A stretch of DNA of 64,000 bases, taken from Candidatus Poribacteria bacterium. Lineage in GTDB: Bacteria > Poribacteria > WGA-4E > WGA-3G. The stretch covers positions 928,001 to 992,000 of the forward strand of contig OZ243938.1 of the NCBI GenBank assembly GCA_965214095.1, written 5' to 3'. The notes under the pieces are model-generated. The model saw only the letters and a program-made list of their open reading frames with translations, was not told where the DNA came from and made no database searches. Shown in pieces: positions 1 through 9,389 of this stretch (positions are counted from its first letter, which is position 1; every line of letters starts with the position of its first letter). The position numbers were made by a program, and so were the translations under genes.

Positions 1-519
1 TTCCTTGAACAATGCTTTAAAATCGGACAAGTCGCGAAAACTATCAAACGCTTCCTCCATTTGTGCGGCGGTTAGTGTAGATTTATCCACCCGAATTGAT
101 TGACGAAGTGATAGAATTGATTTCTCAATAAAAATTAGTTTACCATCTGATCCTAATGCATTCTCAGCCTTCACTGCATAGGCTACTGCAAGGTTGTAGT
201 ATGCTTTCGCAAAATCTGTATCCAGTTGTGTCGCGCGTTCCCATGCAATGATTGCTTTGTCAAGCTGCCCCAAATTCCCATAAACAGAACCAAGATTGTA
301 ATGAGGAATTGCCCAACGTGGTTCATTTTCAATAGCTAATTTAAATTCTGTAATGGCTTGCAATAGGTCGCCTGCTTTCGCATATTCAAGACCCCAATTG
401 TCATGCCTTCGAGCTACTTCATTTGGAACTGGAGTATCGGTGTTTTGTGAATATGGAATACTTTTAGGACCGCATCCGAATAGGAATAAAGCAAAGCTAA
501 ACAATACTATATATCGCAT
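1..519 (-). CDS. TPR-repeat lipoprotein (runs off the left edge of the window)
   Basis: Not in the ORF track. Manual translation from ATG at 519 gives MRYIVLFSFALFLFGC (lipobox) and TPR motifs (IPHYNLGSVYGNLGQLDKAI, AKAYYNLAVAY). GAGGTG RBS upstream. Confidence 0.85.
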   Translation of the reverse strand, partial: MRYIVLFSFALFLFGCGPKSIPYSQNTDTPVPNEVARRHDNWGLEYAKAGDLLQAITEFKLAIENEPRWAIPHYNLGSVYGNLGQLDKAIIAWERATQLDTDFAKAYYNLAVAYAVKAENALGSDGKLIFIEKSILSLRQSIRVDKSTLTAAQMEEAFDSFRDLSDFKALFKE

Positions 520-561
520 ATCTCACCTCACATATCATACAATATGTTGTGTGGAAGACAT

Positions 562-2946
562 TTATTCTTCTGGGACTTCCCAAAGATAAATAGTTCCATC
601 ATATAAACCTGTACTTGCGAGATAGTTACTATTCTTAGAAAACACCAGAACATTTATATTCCCTTTATGCCCTTTATACTTAGCAACATTTTTACCAGTC
701 TTAGTATCCCAAACCTGAATGTTGCCACCCGTATCACCACTTGTGACATAATTGCCATCAGGAGAAAACGCTAATTTGCAAATAGCATACTTATGTCGTG
801 TTTTGATGATTCTCACACGTTTCTGTGTATCAACGTCCCACATTTGGATGTCCTTATTGTCAATTCCAACTGCTAATGTTTCTCCGCTAAAATCAAACAT
901 CAATGCGTTAGTTTGCATATCCATAAAACCTGTCAACACTTTTTCTATAAAGTTCTTAGTAACATTTAGTGTTGCCATACGTTCACCTGTGTCCGTATCC
1001 CACAAATATACTTCCTGCTCTTTGCCAAACAGATCTACAGTTGCTAATATACTACCATCAGGAATTAGTGCCATCGCTCCTCTTGCTGTTCTAAATACAT
1101 CATCTGTAAGGACACCTATTCGTTTTCGTGTACCAGTATTCCATATCTCAATCCCATTTTCTTTTCTATTCTTAGCAGCTACTACCTTAGAATTGGGGGA
1201 GATAGCATAGGTAGAATGAGTGATCCTTGTACCATCACCAAAACTAGATGATCCAACGGTAGCATCCAATCTGATCCTGGTAATATTTGAGGTTATCTGT
1301 TTCCCTTTGCTAACATCCCACTGAATTGTGGATCCAAATCCAATCGTCGTCAGTTTTTTATTATCTTTGGTAAATGTAATACCTTCAATATCAACATTTT
1401 CTGTTGATATTGTGTGCCGAAGTGTTCCACTATCTGTATCCCATAAGTGTATTCTTCCAGAACTCCCACTCACCAATGTCTTTCCATCATCACTAAATGC
1501 TAATGCATTGAATTTGTTAGTATAACCTGCGGTAAGTGTGTGCATCTGCATATCAGTTTTCGTATTCCATATTTCTACAGTCCCAATTTGATCTGCAGCA
1601 ATAAGAAGTGAACCGTCCTTGGAAAAGAGTCGGTTTTTAAGTAAGGTCATAACCTTATCGTCAATTGGATCAAGAGATGCTATTTCTTTCTGTTTCGCAA
1701 TATCCCAAACTGCATAGCTCCTTTCTATAAGGTCAGTCTTGGTTCTAAGATCATATTGTCCACTTCTGACCAAGACAAATGTTTTACCATCCTGTGAGAA
1801 CTTTACATCCGATATAGATTCAAATTGTGCTATTCCTTGGAAGTCACTTAGATCCCAAATATCACAATGTCCTCCACCTATACTTCTATCTCTCAAAATT
1901 GCAATAGTATTGCTATCACTTGAAAATACTACATCCACCCACCATGGGAGTGCAGCCAGCTGCTCACCTGTTTCTACATCCCATAACTCAGTGGGACCAC
2001 TGGTTCCTGACGCTCCATTCCATCTTGGGATCTTATAGCTGCTTTTACTTACAAGCAATTTACCTTCTGGTGAAAATTTCAACGAATCTATCCATTTCAT
2101 CGGTTGTTTATCTAATGTTGCATGGAATGAATTCTGTGGGTTCAAATTGTATTGTATAGGAAATGGTTTTCCATCATCTCTAAAGTTTGAAGGAATATGT
2201 TTCTGCATATTTTCATTTATCAATCCTGGTGGAATCGCTCTGATTACAATTGGTTCTTGTTTTTGACCTACCTTTAAAAAAGCATCTTCATTTGTTTGTG
2301 GCACAAGCGTTCGTATCAGTTTATGTGTACGTCCATCTTGGATACCAACGGTACCGTCATGATTTGCGATAGCATAAGTAACAGACCCCGTATCGTCAAC
2401 TACACTATCTATTGCCCGGTGCCAAACGTCCCATTTTATTCTAATTTTAGATGCTTTTGGCCCCGTTGTTTCCAACAGTTCTCCAGTAGAGATATCCCAA
2501 AACGAGAAGGCTGCTTTCCAATTCAGAATAACGAGTGATTTTTCATCTTCTAATAACTTCAATGATTTGAACGAGGAATCGTTGCAATTAAAGGTATTCA
2601 ATAGTTTCCTATTTTCCACATTCCAGACATAACATTTCTTCTCACCGGTGGTATGAACAAGTGTTGTTCCATCAGGTGAAAATGTGAGTAATCCATTTAA
2701 ATCATTGACTTTTCTTAGGATAACGTTTTCTTCTCCAGTGTTCACATCATAAATTCTTACGCCGGTAGAACTTGCAACTGCCAACTGAGTCCCATCGGGT
2801 GAAAGTTGCATATCGGTTATCGCACCTTTGCTAAGACGTGCTTTTGCACCTACAGGTAAATTCCATTGGATAGACTCTTGAGCATCACTGTTTGGTAAAT
2901 ATAGTATTGCTATGACAAGTATCGTCAAACATATTATGTTTCTCAT
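562..2946 (-). CDS. Secreted WD40-repeat beta-propeller protein
   Basis: Signal peptide, LPVGAKARLSKG motif, repeated FSPDG...WD units. Confidence 0.9.
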   Translation of the reverse strand: MRNIICLTILVIAILYLPNSDAQESIQWNLPVGAKARLSKGAITDMQLSPDGTQLAVASSTGVRIYDVNTGEENVILRKVNDLNGLLTFSPDGTTLVHTTGEKKCYVWNVENRKLLNTFNCNDSSFKSLKLLEDEKSLVILNWKAAFSFWDISTGELLETTGPKASKIRIKWDVWHRAIDSVVDDTGSVTYAIANHDGTVGIQDGRTHKLIRTLVPQTNEDAFLKVGQKQEPIVIRAIPPGLINENMQKHIPSNFRDDGKPFPIQYNLNPQNSFHATLDKQPMKWIDSLKFSPEGKLLVSKSSYKIPRWNGASGTSGPTELWDVETGEQLAALPWWVDVVFSSDSNTIAILRDRSIGGGHCDIWDLSDFQGIAQFESISDVKFSQDGKTFVLVRSGQYDLRTKTDLIERSYAVWDIAKQKEIASLDPIDDKVMTLLKNRLFSKDGSLLIAADQIGTVEIWNTKTDMQMHTLTAGYTNKFNALAFSDDGKTLVSGSSGRIHLWDTDSGTLRHTISTENVDIEGITFTKDNKKLTTIGFGSTIQWDVSKGKQITSNITRIRLDATVGSSSFGDGTRITHSTYAISPNSKVVAAKNRKENGIEIWNTGTRKRIGVLTDDVFRTARGAMALIPDGSILATVDLFGKEQEVYLWDTDTGERMATLNVTKNFIEKVLTGFMDMQTNALMFDFSGETLAVGIDNKDIQMWDVDTQKRVRIIKTRHKYAICKLAFSPDGNYVTSGDTGGNIQVWDTKTGKNVAKYKGHKGNINVLVFSKNSNYLASTGLYDGTIYLWEVPEE

Positions 2947-3897
2947 TTAATTCCTCCGCCACCAACTCTTTTTGTCTTGATATGACTCAAGCAGCTTTGA
3001 AATAGTCTTGTCTTTTTTATCTATACTCAACACTGTTTTACACGCATCAATCACATGCTGTCTATCGCTATCATCATCGGTTTGTTGATAGGAGTAGTGA
3101 AAAACATGTGCCATCGCAGTGTAGTATGCAATGTGATCTATCTCTGATGGCACTTCAGTAGGGAGTTCTTTTAATGATTTCAATGCATCATTCCACGACT
3201 CAAGAGCTGCATAACAGATAATTTTCTGATATAACGGTGTGAGATTATCACTCTCCAACCAATATGCTTGGTCATAACATGTGATAGCATCTTGGTAGAC
3301 TTCATTGTCTACATGTAATTTCGCAAGTGTTGTATAGAATGCATACAAACCACTGTTCGCGATAGTGTATAGGTCTGTCCCTGTATTCACAAGCCAATCT
3401 CTTTCTATAAGATATTCAATAGCAGAATTACGCTCCTCTTCTATAATACTGATATCGGTGAGTAGATGTTTTGCTACGGCAGCATTCGGAAATATCTTCG
3501 TTCTACTTTTCATCAACGGATACGCTTGAACTGCTTTGTCCATGCCAATCAGTTTGATACCCGTAGCAATGCGAAACAGTGAGACAATTTGATCGCTGTT
3601 TTGACGGGACATCTGGTCGGCTATTTCCTCTCTATTTTCTGTGAAGTGTTGATTGAGCGATTCTATTGCATCTCGGACATCTGAATTATCAGGATTTAGT
3701 TGGTGTGCTTGAGATAAAAACCTTTGGGCTGCAAAGAGTTCTCTCCATTCACGATAGATGACTCCAAGTCGGAAGTTCGCATCAGCAAGTGTTAAGGTAT
3801 CATTCTCTGTTCTAATAACATTTTCGTAGTATTGAATTGCTTCTGCGATGTTTCCTTCAGATTCTAAACTCTTTGCTTGTTGGAAAAGATTTGACAT
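2947..3897 (-). CDS. TPR-repeat protein
   Basis: TPR-like helices (ANFRLGVIY...AHQLNPDN). Stop codon directly abuts the next ATG. Confidence 0.8.
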   Translation of the reverse strand: MSNLFQQAKSLESEGNIAEAIQYYENVIRTENDTLTLADANFRLGVIYREWRELFAAQRFLSQAHQLNPDNSDVRDAIESLNQHFTENREEIADQMSRQNSDQIVSLFRIATGIKLIGMDKAVQAYPLMKSRTKIFPNAAVAKHLLTDISIIEEERNSAIEYLIERDWLVNTGTDLYTIANSGLYAFYTTLAKLHVDNEVYQDAITCYDQAYWLESDNLTPLYQKIICYAALESWNDALKSLKELPTEVPSEIDHIAYYTAMAHVFHYSYQQTDDDSDRQHVIDACKTVLSIDKKDKTISKLLESYQDKKSWWRRN

Positions 3898-3949
3898 ATA
3901 AGTTATCTCAAATACAGTAAATGTGTTTAGTTCTCACAATTTACTGCCA

Positions 3950-4906
3950 TTATCTTCCTTGTATTAGTTTGATACACATAACTTCCAAGGTAATTGTCTT
4001 AACATTGGTTTTTTGAATCAATGACTTTGTTTGAAATACTGTCTTTATAGCGCGTTGGAGTCTGATGTGCGAATATCGGGGTGCAAGTGTTTGCAATCTA
4101 TCCATTGCATCAATGTGCGTGATCATTTCTTTCGGCGCACCTTGTTGTACCAGAAGTAGATCGCGATACCATGTGACTAACTCGTCTAAACTATCCAAAT
4201 CCTTTTCAAATTGTTCTGCTAAACGGAAGGCAGCAATTAGATCAGTTTCTTCTAATATCTCAGGCACTTCTTGGCTATCGCTAACACCTTTCTCAATGAG
4301 CGTTATTGCTTTCCCAACAATTCCGCGAGACAATATGGCAGCGTTAATTGCATCATCTTTATTTACTGAAAGATTGTCTACCAACGCATTGGCTAATTCT
4401 TCTGTCGGCATCGGGTGAAAAGTGAGTATCTGCGACCGAGAACGAATTGTAGGAAGGATAGCATTAATATTTTCTGTCAGTAGGATAATTGTTGATGCTG
4501 CAGGTGGTTCTTCAAGTGTTTTGAGAAGAGAATTGGCTGTATAAACATTCATCTTCTCAGTGTTCGCTATAATATAGATTTTCCGGGGACCTTCCAATGG
4601 TTGATATGAAATTTTCTGTTGCATTTCACGAATTTGGTCAATCTTGAGTTGTGCACCGTCGGGACGGATGATTTGAAGGTCTGGATGGTTACCGCTTTTT
4701 ATCTTACGACAAGCACGGCACTCCGCACAGGGGACAGATGCTTCTGCACTCTCACATAAAATAAGATTTGCGAAGAATAAAGCAACAGTCTCTTTACCAA
4801 CGCCTTGCTCACCTGCAAAAAGATATGCACCAGCAACTCTTTCTGAGTTCACTGCGTTCTGAAGTTGTGTAATGATGTTCTGGTGACCGATAATAGTGTT
4901 CTGCAT
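3950..4906 (-). CDS. holB: DNA polymerase III delta' subunit
   Basis: GxxGVGK, Zn cluster CxxCxxC, HPD, NSLLKTLEEP, LPTIRSR; adjacent to tmk. Confidence 0.95.
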   Translation of the reverse strand: MQNTIIGHQNIITQLQNAVNSERVAGAYLFAGEQGVGKETVALFFANLILCESAEASVPCAECRACRKIKSGNHPDLQIIRPDGAQLKIDQIREMQQKISYQPLEGPRKIYIIANTEKMNVYTANSLLKTLEEPPAASTIILLTENINAILPTIRSRSQILTFHPMPTEELANALVDNLSVNKDDAINAAILSRGIVGKAITLIEKGVSDSQEVPEILEETDLIAAFRLAEQFEKDLDSLDELVTWYRDLLLVQQGAPKEMITHIDAMDRLQTLAPRYSHIRLQRAIKTVFQTKSLIQKTNVKTITLEVMCIKLIQGR

Positions 4907-4934
4907 TTTGATTGTGTTTGTAGATAGGATCTTA

Positions 4935-5070
4935 TACCATTTCTAATAGAGAATATTTCACTGTGAGAGTATGAATTCCAACTTAAAATAGAGAATGTAA
5001 GAGGCGCAATGAATTGCGCGACTACGAACGGTTCCTTATCTTAAGGAGAAGTTATTTTTCAGAAATGGTA
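4935..5070. mobile_element. MITE family B (TACCATTTCT...AGAAATGGTA), 3-bp TTA duplication
   Basis: Terminal inverted repeats with TTA on both sides; internal GCGCAATGAATTGCGC hairpin ending CTAC. Confidence 0.8.
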
Positions 5071-5130
5071 TTATCTGCATTGTATTGAAATCAAATTCTT
5101 ATAATGAGTTTTTCTTTATTTGAAGGCGTA

Positions 5131-5760
5131 TTAATTTCTAACTAACAACTGAATTCTTTTTTCTGTTTTTGCTAAGAGGTAACTATGAATGGTATCTACA
5201 TCAAGTTGTGCATCTACTAATTTGACACGGTCTGGTTCCAATTTTGCAACTGCTAAATATCCTTCTCTTACTTTTTTGTGTAAGGATAATGTCTCATGTT
5301 CAAGTCGCGTAAGTGGTTCGTCAGAATCACGTTTGCGTTGCAGTCCTATCTCTGGTGGTAAATCGAGAAGAAATGTAATGTCAGGTTTTAATCCACCCGT
5401 TGCAATGTGGTTTACCTGTTCAATTATTTGAAGATCAATACCTTTTCGGTATCCTTGGTAAGCAATAGTCGCATCACTGAATCTATCACAGATGACAATT
5501 TGTCCTGCATTCAATGCGGGTAAAATAAGTTCAGAGACGTGCTGTGATCGTGCGGCAGCTATCAGCAACAGTTCAGTTGTAGCAGAGATTGTAGAGGCAG
5601 TTAAAAAGATGTCACGTACCTGTTCCGATACTGGCGTGCCACCCGGTTCGCGAGTAACTATCACATCATCTCCGAGGGCATCAGCTAATCGGTGTATCTG
5701 TGTAGTTTTCCCCGCACCCTCAACACCCTCTATTGTGATGAAAAGACCTTTATGTTTCAT
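5131..5760 (-). CDS. tmk: Thymidylate kinase
   Basis: FITIEGVEGAGKTTQ P-loop, TREPGG, DRF. Start placed at ATG 5760 (MKHKG). Confidence 0.95.
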   Translation of the reverse strand: MKHKGLFITIEGVEGAGKTTQIHRLADALGDDVIVTREPGGTPVSEQVRDIFLTASTISATTELLLIAAARSQHVSELILPALNAGQIVICDRFSDATIAYQGYRKGIDLQIIEQVNHIATGGLKPDITFLLDLPPEIGLQRKRDSDEPLTRLEHETLSLHKKVREGYLAVAKLEPDRVKLVDAQLDVDTIHSYLLAKTEKRIQLLVRN

Positions 5761-5814
5761 TATATTAATAATATCACGTAGGACGTTATGTATCAAGTCA
5801 AATTCAGGTTATTA

Positions 5815-5959
5815 CACCATTTCTATTTAAGAGCATATAAAGAAATAACTGATTCAATGTAAATGTCATAAGCACATTCACCAAACGTACTTCATTGCGT
5901 CTCGGACATTCACAACGACTAACAAAATCCTAATTCGACTTAAACTTTCAGAATTGGTA
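5815..5959. mobile_element. MITE family B, degenerate copy
   Basis: CACCATTTCT...AGAATTGGTA ends. Confidence 0.6.
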
Positions 5960-5976
5960 TATCCCTGCCACACCAC

Positions 5977-6245
5977 GGGTGTGTAAAGTTCTTGGCAAAA
6001 CAGCAATTACTCAACGATTGAATACCTCTGCGTATGTCATGAATGTTTGCATTAATTGCATTAATTTCTATTATAATTTGGATTTATTTATGAAAAAACC
6101 TTCGCGAAAAAATAGAGTTAGCTTCAGTCATAATAAGAGATTATCAATGAGCTGGGTGTATTTCTGAGACTGAAAGAATGTGGGGCACGGAGACTCCGCA
6201 AGACAATGGTTGGTGAGAACTTAGTGCCAAAAACTTTACACACCA
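5977..6245. mobile_element. MITE family G, 269 bp, with 9-bp target duplication (IS256-like ends)
   Basis: TIRs GGTGTGTAAAGTTCTTGGCA / TGCCAAAAACTTTACACACC; CCACACCAC at 5968-5976 and 6246-6254. Confidence 0.8.
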
Positions 6246-6262
6246 CCACACCACGAAAACAC

Positions 6263-6291
6263 TTGATATTTTCTGAAATTGATGTTAAACT
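6263..6291 (+). promoter_or_regulatory. Putative sigma70 promoter
   Basis: TTGATA-17 bp-TAAACT with extended TG, upstream of the ORF at 6333. Confidence 0.5.
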
Positions 6292-6332
6292 CTATCCTAA
6301 CCTACAGTTTTGAAAAATAAAGGAGCAATTAC

Positions 6333-6923
6333 ATGGACATAACATTCACATCAGCAATCACTGAAGTCATAGAAAAATTAGAAGTAGGCAACCCACTCCC
6401 ACCGCTTGTTCCAAAATCAGCATGGAATAGTGATTTAACAGACGAACTTTTGGCACTCTCACTTGAGGACCTTTTTAATGGAGAATCACTGAAAGACGAC
6501 ATCTTCGGTGGTGCGATCAAAAGTGGTCTGCTCCTCTGGAACGATGCGTTGGACGATTCACATAACATTTCACAGGAACTGAGTAACAATACAGGCAGTT
6601 ATTGGCATGGGATTATGCACCGTCGAGAACCGGATTATAGTAACGCGAAATATTGGTTCGGTAGAGTCGGCACACACCCTATTTATCCTAAACTCAGGGA
6701 ACGTGCACTTGCAATATCAAATGAAGTGCAAAATCCGTCAGATACACTTGCACAAATCACGCAAAAAATAGAGAACGAACCACATTGGGATGCTTATCAG
6801 TTTATTGATTGGTGTCAAGCTGCGGAAAACGATCCATCTTCAGATGCAACTCAATTTTTGCAACAGGTGCAGGCAGAAGAGATTAAATTATTGCTTGCAT
6901 ATTCGTATCAGAACGCTATCTAA
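6333..6923 (+). CDS. Conserved hypothetical protein
   Basis: AAGGAG RBS; conserved-looking motif YWHGIMHRREPDYSNAKYWF. Confidence 0.8.
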   Translation: MDITFTSAITEVIEKLEVGNPLPPLVPKSAWNSDLTDELLALSLEDLFNGESLKDDIFGGAIKSGLLLWNDALDDSHNISQELSNNTGSYWHGIMHRREPDYSNAKYWFGRVGTHPIYPKLRERALAISNEVQNPSDTLAQITQKIENEPHWDAYQFIDWCQAAENDPSSDATQFLQQVQAEEIKLLLAYSYQNAI

Positions 6924-6961
6924 TATTTGACATATCCTTTATGTTCCTAAGGAGAAAAAGA

Positions 6962-7963
6962 ATGAATTTAAGAGATAAGATTTTCACCCTGAACAATTTA
7001 AGTTTCATTTTAACTGTCATCACAAGTATTCTCATGATAAGTTCCTGTGTGCCGACTACGATGAACACCAGCGGCACGTCGAGAGTTCGACCGAGTGAGG
7101 CTTACGAAGAGATTAAACAACTCACAACAAAAGTAGAAACCATCAGCGATCCAACAGATGCTGAAATGTTGATTAAAAAGGCACAGAACTTTATTAATTT
7201 GCATGGAAAATATAAGCATGCAGATGAGGTGTACTATATTCTTGGTACCACTTTAGTACAATTTGATCGGACTACTGAAGGAATTGATGTATTAGAAGAA
7301 CTCATTCGTTATTATCCGCTTGCTTCTTATGTTGAACCGGGTTTATTGAACTTAGCGTTAGCGTATGATAAATTAAGCAGGCATGATGAGGCTGATGTAG
7401 TTTACGGAAAATTGATAAATAACTCAAAGTATAGAGACGGTAGACACGCACAAACCGCACAGAAATTGCTGCAAACAGACAAAGCAGATCGTAAAGGCGT
7501 GACTGAAGGTTTGTCTGTTACAAGCAATAGTTCACCTAATTTTGTTGGACAATTAGCAATGGATTTTGATGTGACAGATCTAAATGGACAACCGTTATCA
7601 TTAGCACAATTTCAAGGAAAAGTTGTACTTCTTGATTTCTGGGCAACGTGGTGTCCTCCCTGCAGAGCAGAAATGCCTAATGTGAAACGGACCTATGCAA
7701 AGTATAAAAACCAGAACTTTGAGATTATAGGCATTAGTTTAGATAGGGCAAAATCCTCTCTGGAATCTTATATAGCAAAAGAAGGGATTACGTGGCCGCA
7801 ATATTATGACAACGGTGACAGAATTTCTAATATGTATCAGGTGCGATCCATTCCATCTACATTCCTGATTGATGGTGAAGGGGTTATACGTATGACGAAT
7901 CTTCGTGGTAGTGCACTTGAGTCCGGGGTTGCACAACTTGTTCAGGAAAACAGGTCACGGTAA
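6962..7963 (+). CDS. Lipoprotein with TPR and TlpA/ResA-type thioredoxin domains
   Basis: Lipobox ISSC, TPR helices, LLDFWATWCPPC. Start placed at ATG 6962 after AAGGAG. Confidence 0.9.
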   Translation: MNLRDKIFTLNNLSFILTVITSILMISSCVPTTMNTSGTSRVRPSEAYEEIKQLTTKVETISDPTDAEMLIKKAQNFINLHGKYKHADEVYYILGTTLVQFDRTTEGIDVLEELIRYYPLASYVEPGLLNLALAYDKLSRHDEADVVYGKLINNSKYRDGRHAQTAQKLLQTDKADRKGVTEGLSVTSNSSPNFVGQLAMDFDVTDLNGQPLSLAQFQGKVVLLDFWATWCPPCRAEMPNVKRTYAKYKNQNFEIIGISLDRAKSSLESYIAKEGITWPQYYDNGDRISNMYQVRSIPSTFLIDGEGVIRMTNLRGSALESGVAQLVQENRSR

Positions 7964-8111
7964 ATAAACGTGAGTTTGATAAATCAAATTCTTGTATTCC
8001 ATCAAGATACGCGTTTGGTATTCTTAATTGGTAAGGAAACGGCATCTACAAGGCTTGTGGGTGTAAGTGTTTTTGGAAATTGAAGTTACAAGCCTTTGGT
8101 AATAAAGGAGT

Positions 8112-8987
8112 ATGAACATGTTTTTACGTAATTCTTGGATACCGGTCACGATTTTCCTTGTGGTAATCTGTGTCGTGCGTCCTGGCTTGCGAAACGAGAC
8201 AAACGCGGAAACAGCCTCTGAGAGTCCCTTTGTCGCAGCGGAAAAACTCATCATAACCGAAAACTATTATGAGGCAATACTTGCGCTCCAATCGCTCTTG
8301 ATGAGTGAGACCAAAAGCAAGGAACAGGAAGAAGCTCTCTGGTTGGCTCACACGCTTTTGGTCAAAGTGCAAAGAAACGAAGTGTGGGGAAAAGACAGAG
8401 ATCAAAAAATAAAAATTCTAAATAAATTGGGAGCGCATTTTGATAATGTTGAGATAAACTTTGGTTATAGATACGGTTTCCTGCATCGGTTGATAGATGC
8501 CTATCCAGATACGTCGAAACAGCCGATCATTGAATATGCACTCATACAATCGGGATACCCTGTGCCGCAAGATATGTTTGATGAAGTGGGGCATTTACCT
8601 AAAAAAAGTGAGCCCGCGGAAGGAACACTTTCTGTCCTGCACGCATATATTAAGAAATATGAGAAAACGGGACGTGCTGAAGTTTATAGAGCATATCTTG
8701 ATATTGCACATATTCATCACGGCCTCTGGGCGGCGATCACTTTTTCTGATCATCCCTATGTTGGCATGTTTGAAAAGTTTGGGACCGGAGACCCTGAAAA
8801 AGACAAAAAACTTGCAGACTCACACAGAGATATTGCTCTTGAATATTACGCGAAGTTTTATATCAATCCACACGGACTCATAGATACCTTTGATTATAGG
8901 TTCTATGATTTCAAAGATGAAAATGGTTATCAACTTTTGAAGCGGAAAGCAGAATTTGGTTGGAATTTCATTCTTTACGGATGCTGA
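8112..8987 (+). CDS. Hypothetical exported helical protein
   Basis: AAGGAG RBS, N-terminal hydrophobic segment, 291 aa. Confidence 0.75.
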   Translation: MNMFLRNSWIPVTIFLVVICVVRPGLRNETNAETASESPFVAAEKLIITENYYEAILALQSLLMSETKSKEQEEALWLAHTLLVKVQRNEVWGKDRDQKIKILNKLGAHFDNVEINFGYRYGFLHRLIDAYPDTSKQPIIEYALIQSGYPVPQDMFDEVGHLPKKSEPAEGTLSVLHAYIKKYEKTGRAEVYRAYLDIAHIHHGLWAAITFSDHPYVGMFEKFGTGDPEKDKKLADSHRDIALEYYAKFYINPHGLIDTFDYRFYDFKDENGYQLLKRKAEFGWNFILYGC

Positions 8988-9023
8988 GGTGTTACTTATT
9001 TCCTTATGAAGAACGGCAAGGCT

Positions 9024-9164
9024 ATGAAAAACAACTATAGTTGGCTCTATCAACGTTTTTCTTAATACTTGCTTTTATACCCATCGCTTTTGCCCAAGAA
9101 TTTACACGGCATCTACCCGAAGGTGAAAAGGAGCGTCTTGGAAAAGGTTGGGTAGGTCAAGTTA
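9024..9164 (+). pseudogene. 5' remnant of a secreted WD40 gene, truncated at a MITE
   Basis: Signal peptide plus HLPEGEKERLGKG motif. ATG 9024 is out of frame, TAG lies at 9038-9040, and similarity ends at the MITE at 9165. Confidence 0.75.
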
Positions 9165-9282
9165 TACCATTTCTAATTGATTGTCTTACATTAGCAAAGA
9201 ACGCGTTTTGCGCCTCTTACATTTTTCACACGAAGGTCTAACTGCCAATCTCAAAATGAAATGTTATCTTTTAGGAATGGTA
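9165..9282. mobile_element. MITE family B
   Basis: TTA|TACCATTTCTA...TAGGAATGGTA|TTA. Confidence 0.8.
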
Positions 9283-9389
9283 TTAGGTCGAATTTAGATA
9301 TTCTGAAATTCTTAGGACACAATCTTTACACATCCTCATCAATAACAATTTGAAAGTGAATAAAACCCAACAACACACCAAAGGAGTAT

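Noticed and set aside
8979-8990. Gly-Cys-TGA-Gly, resembling a GCUG selenocysteine motif next to thioredoxin genes
   Set aside because: There is no convincing SECIS hairpin after the TGA, and read-through runs into unrelated sequence. An ordinary stop is more likely.
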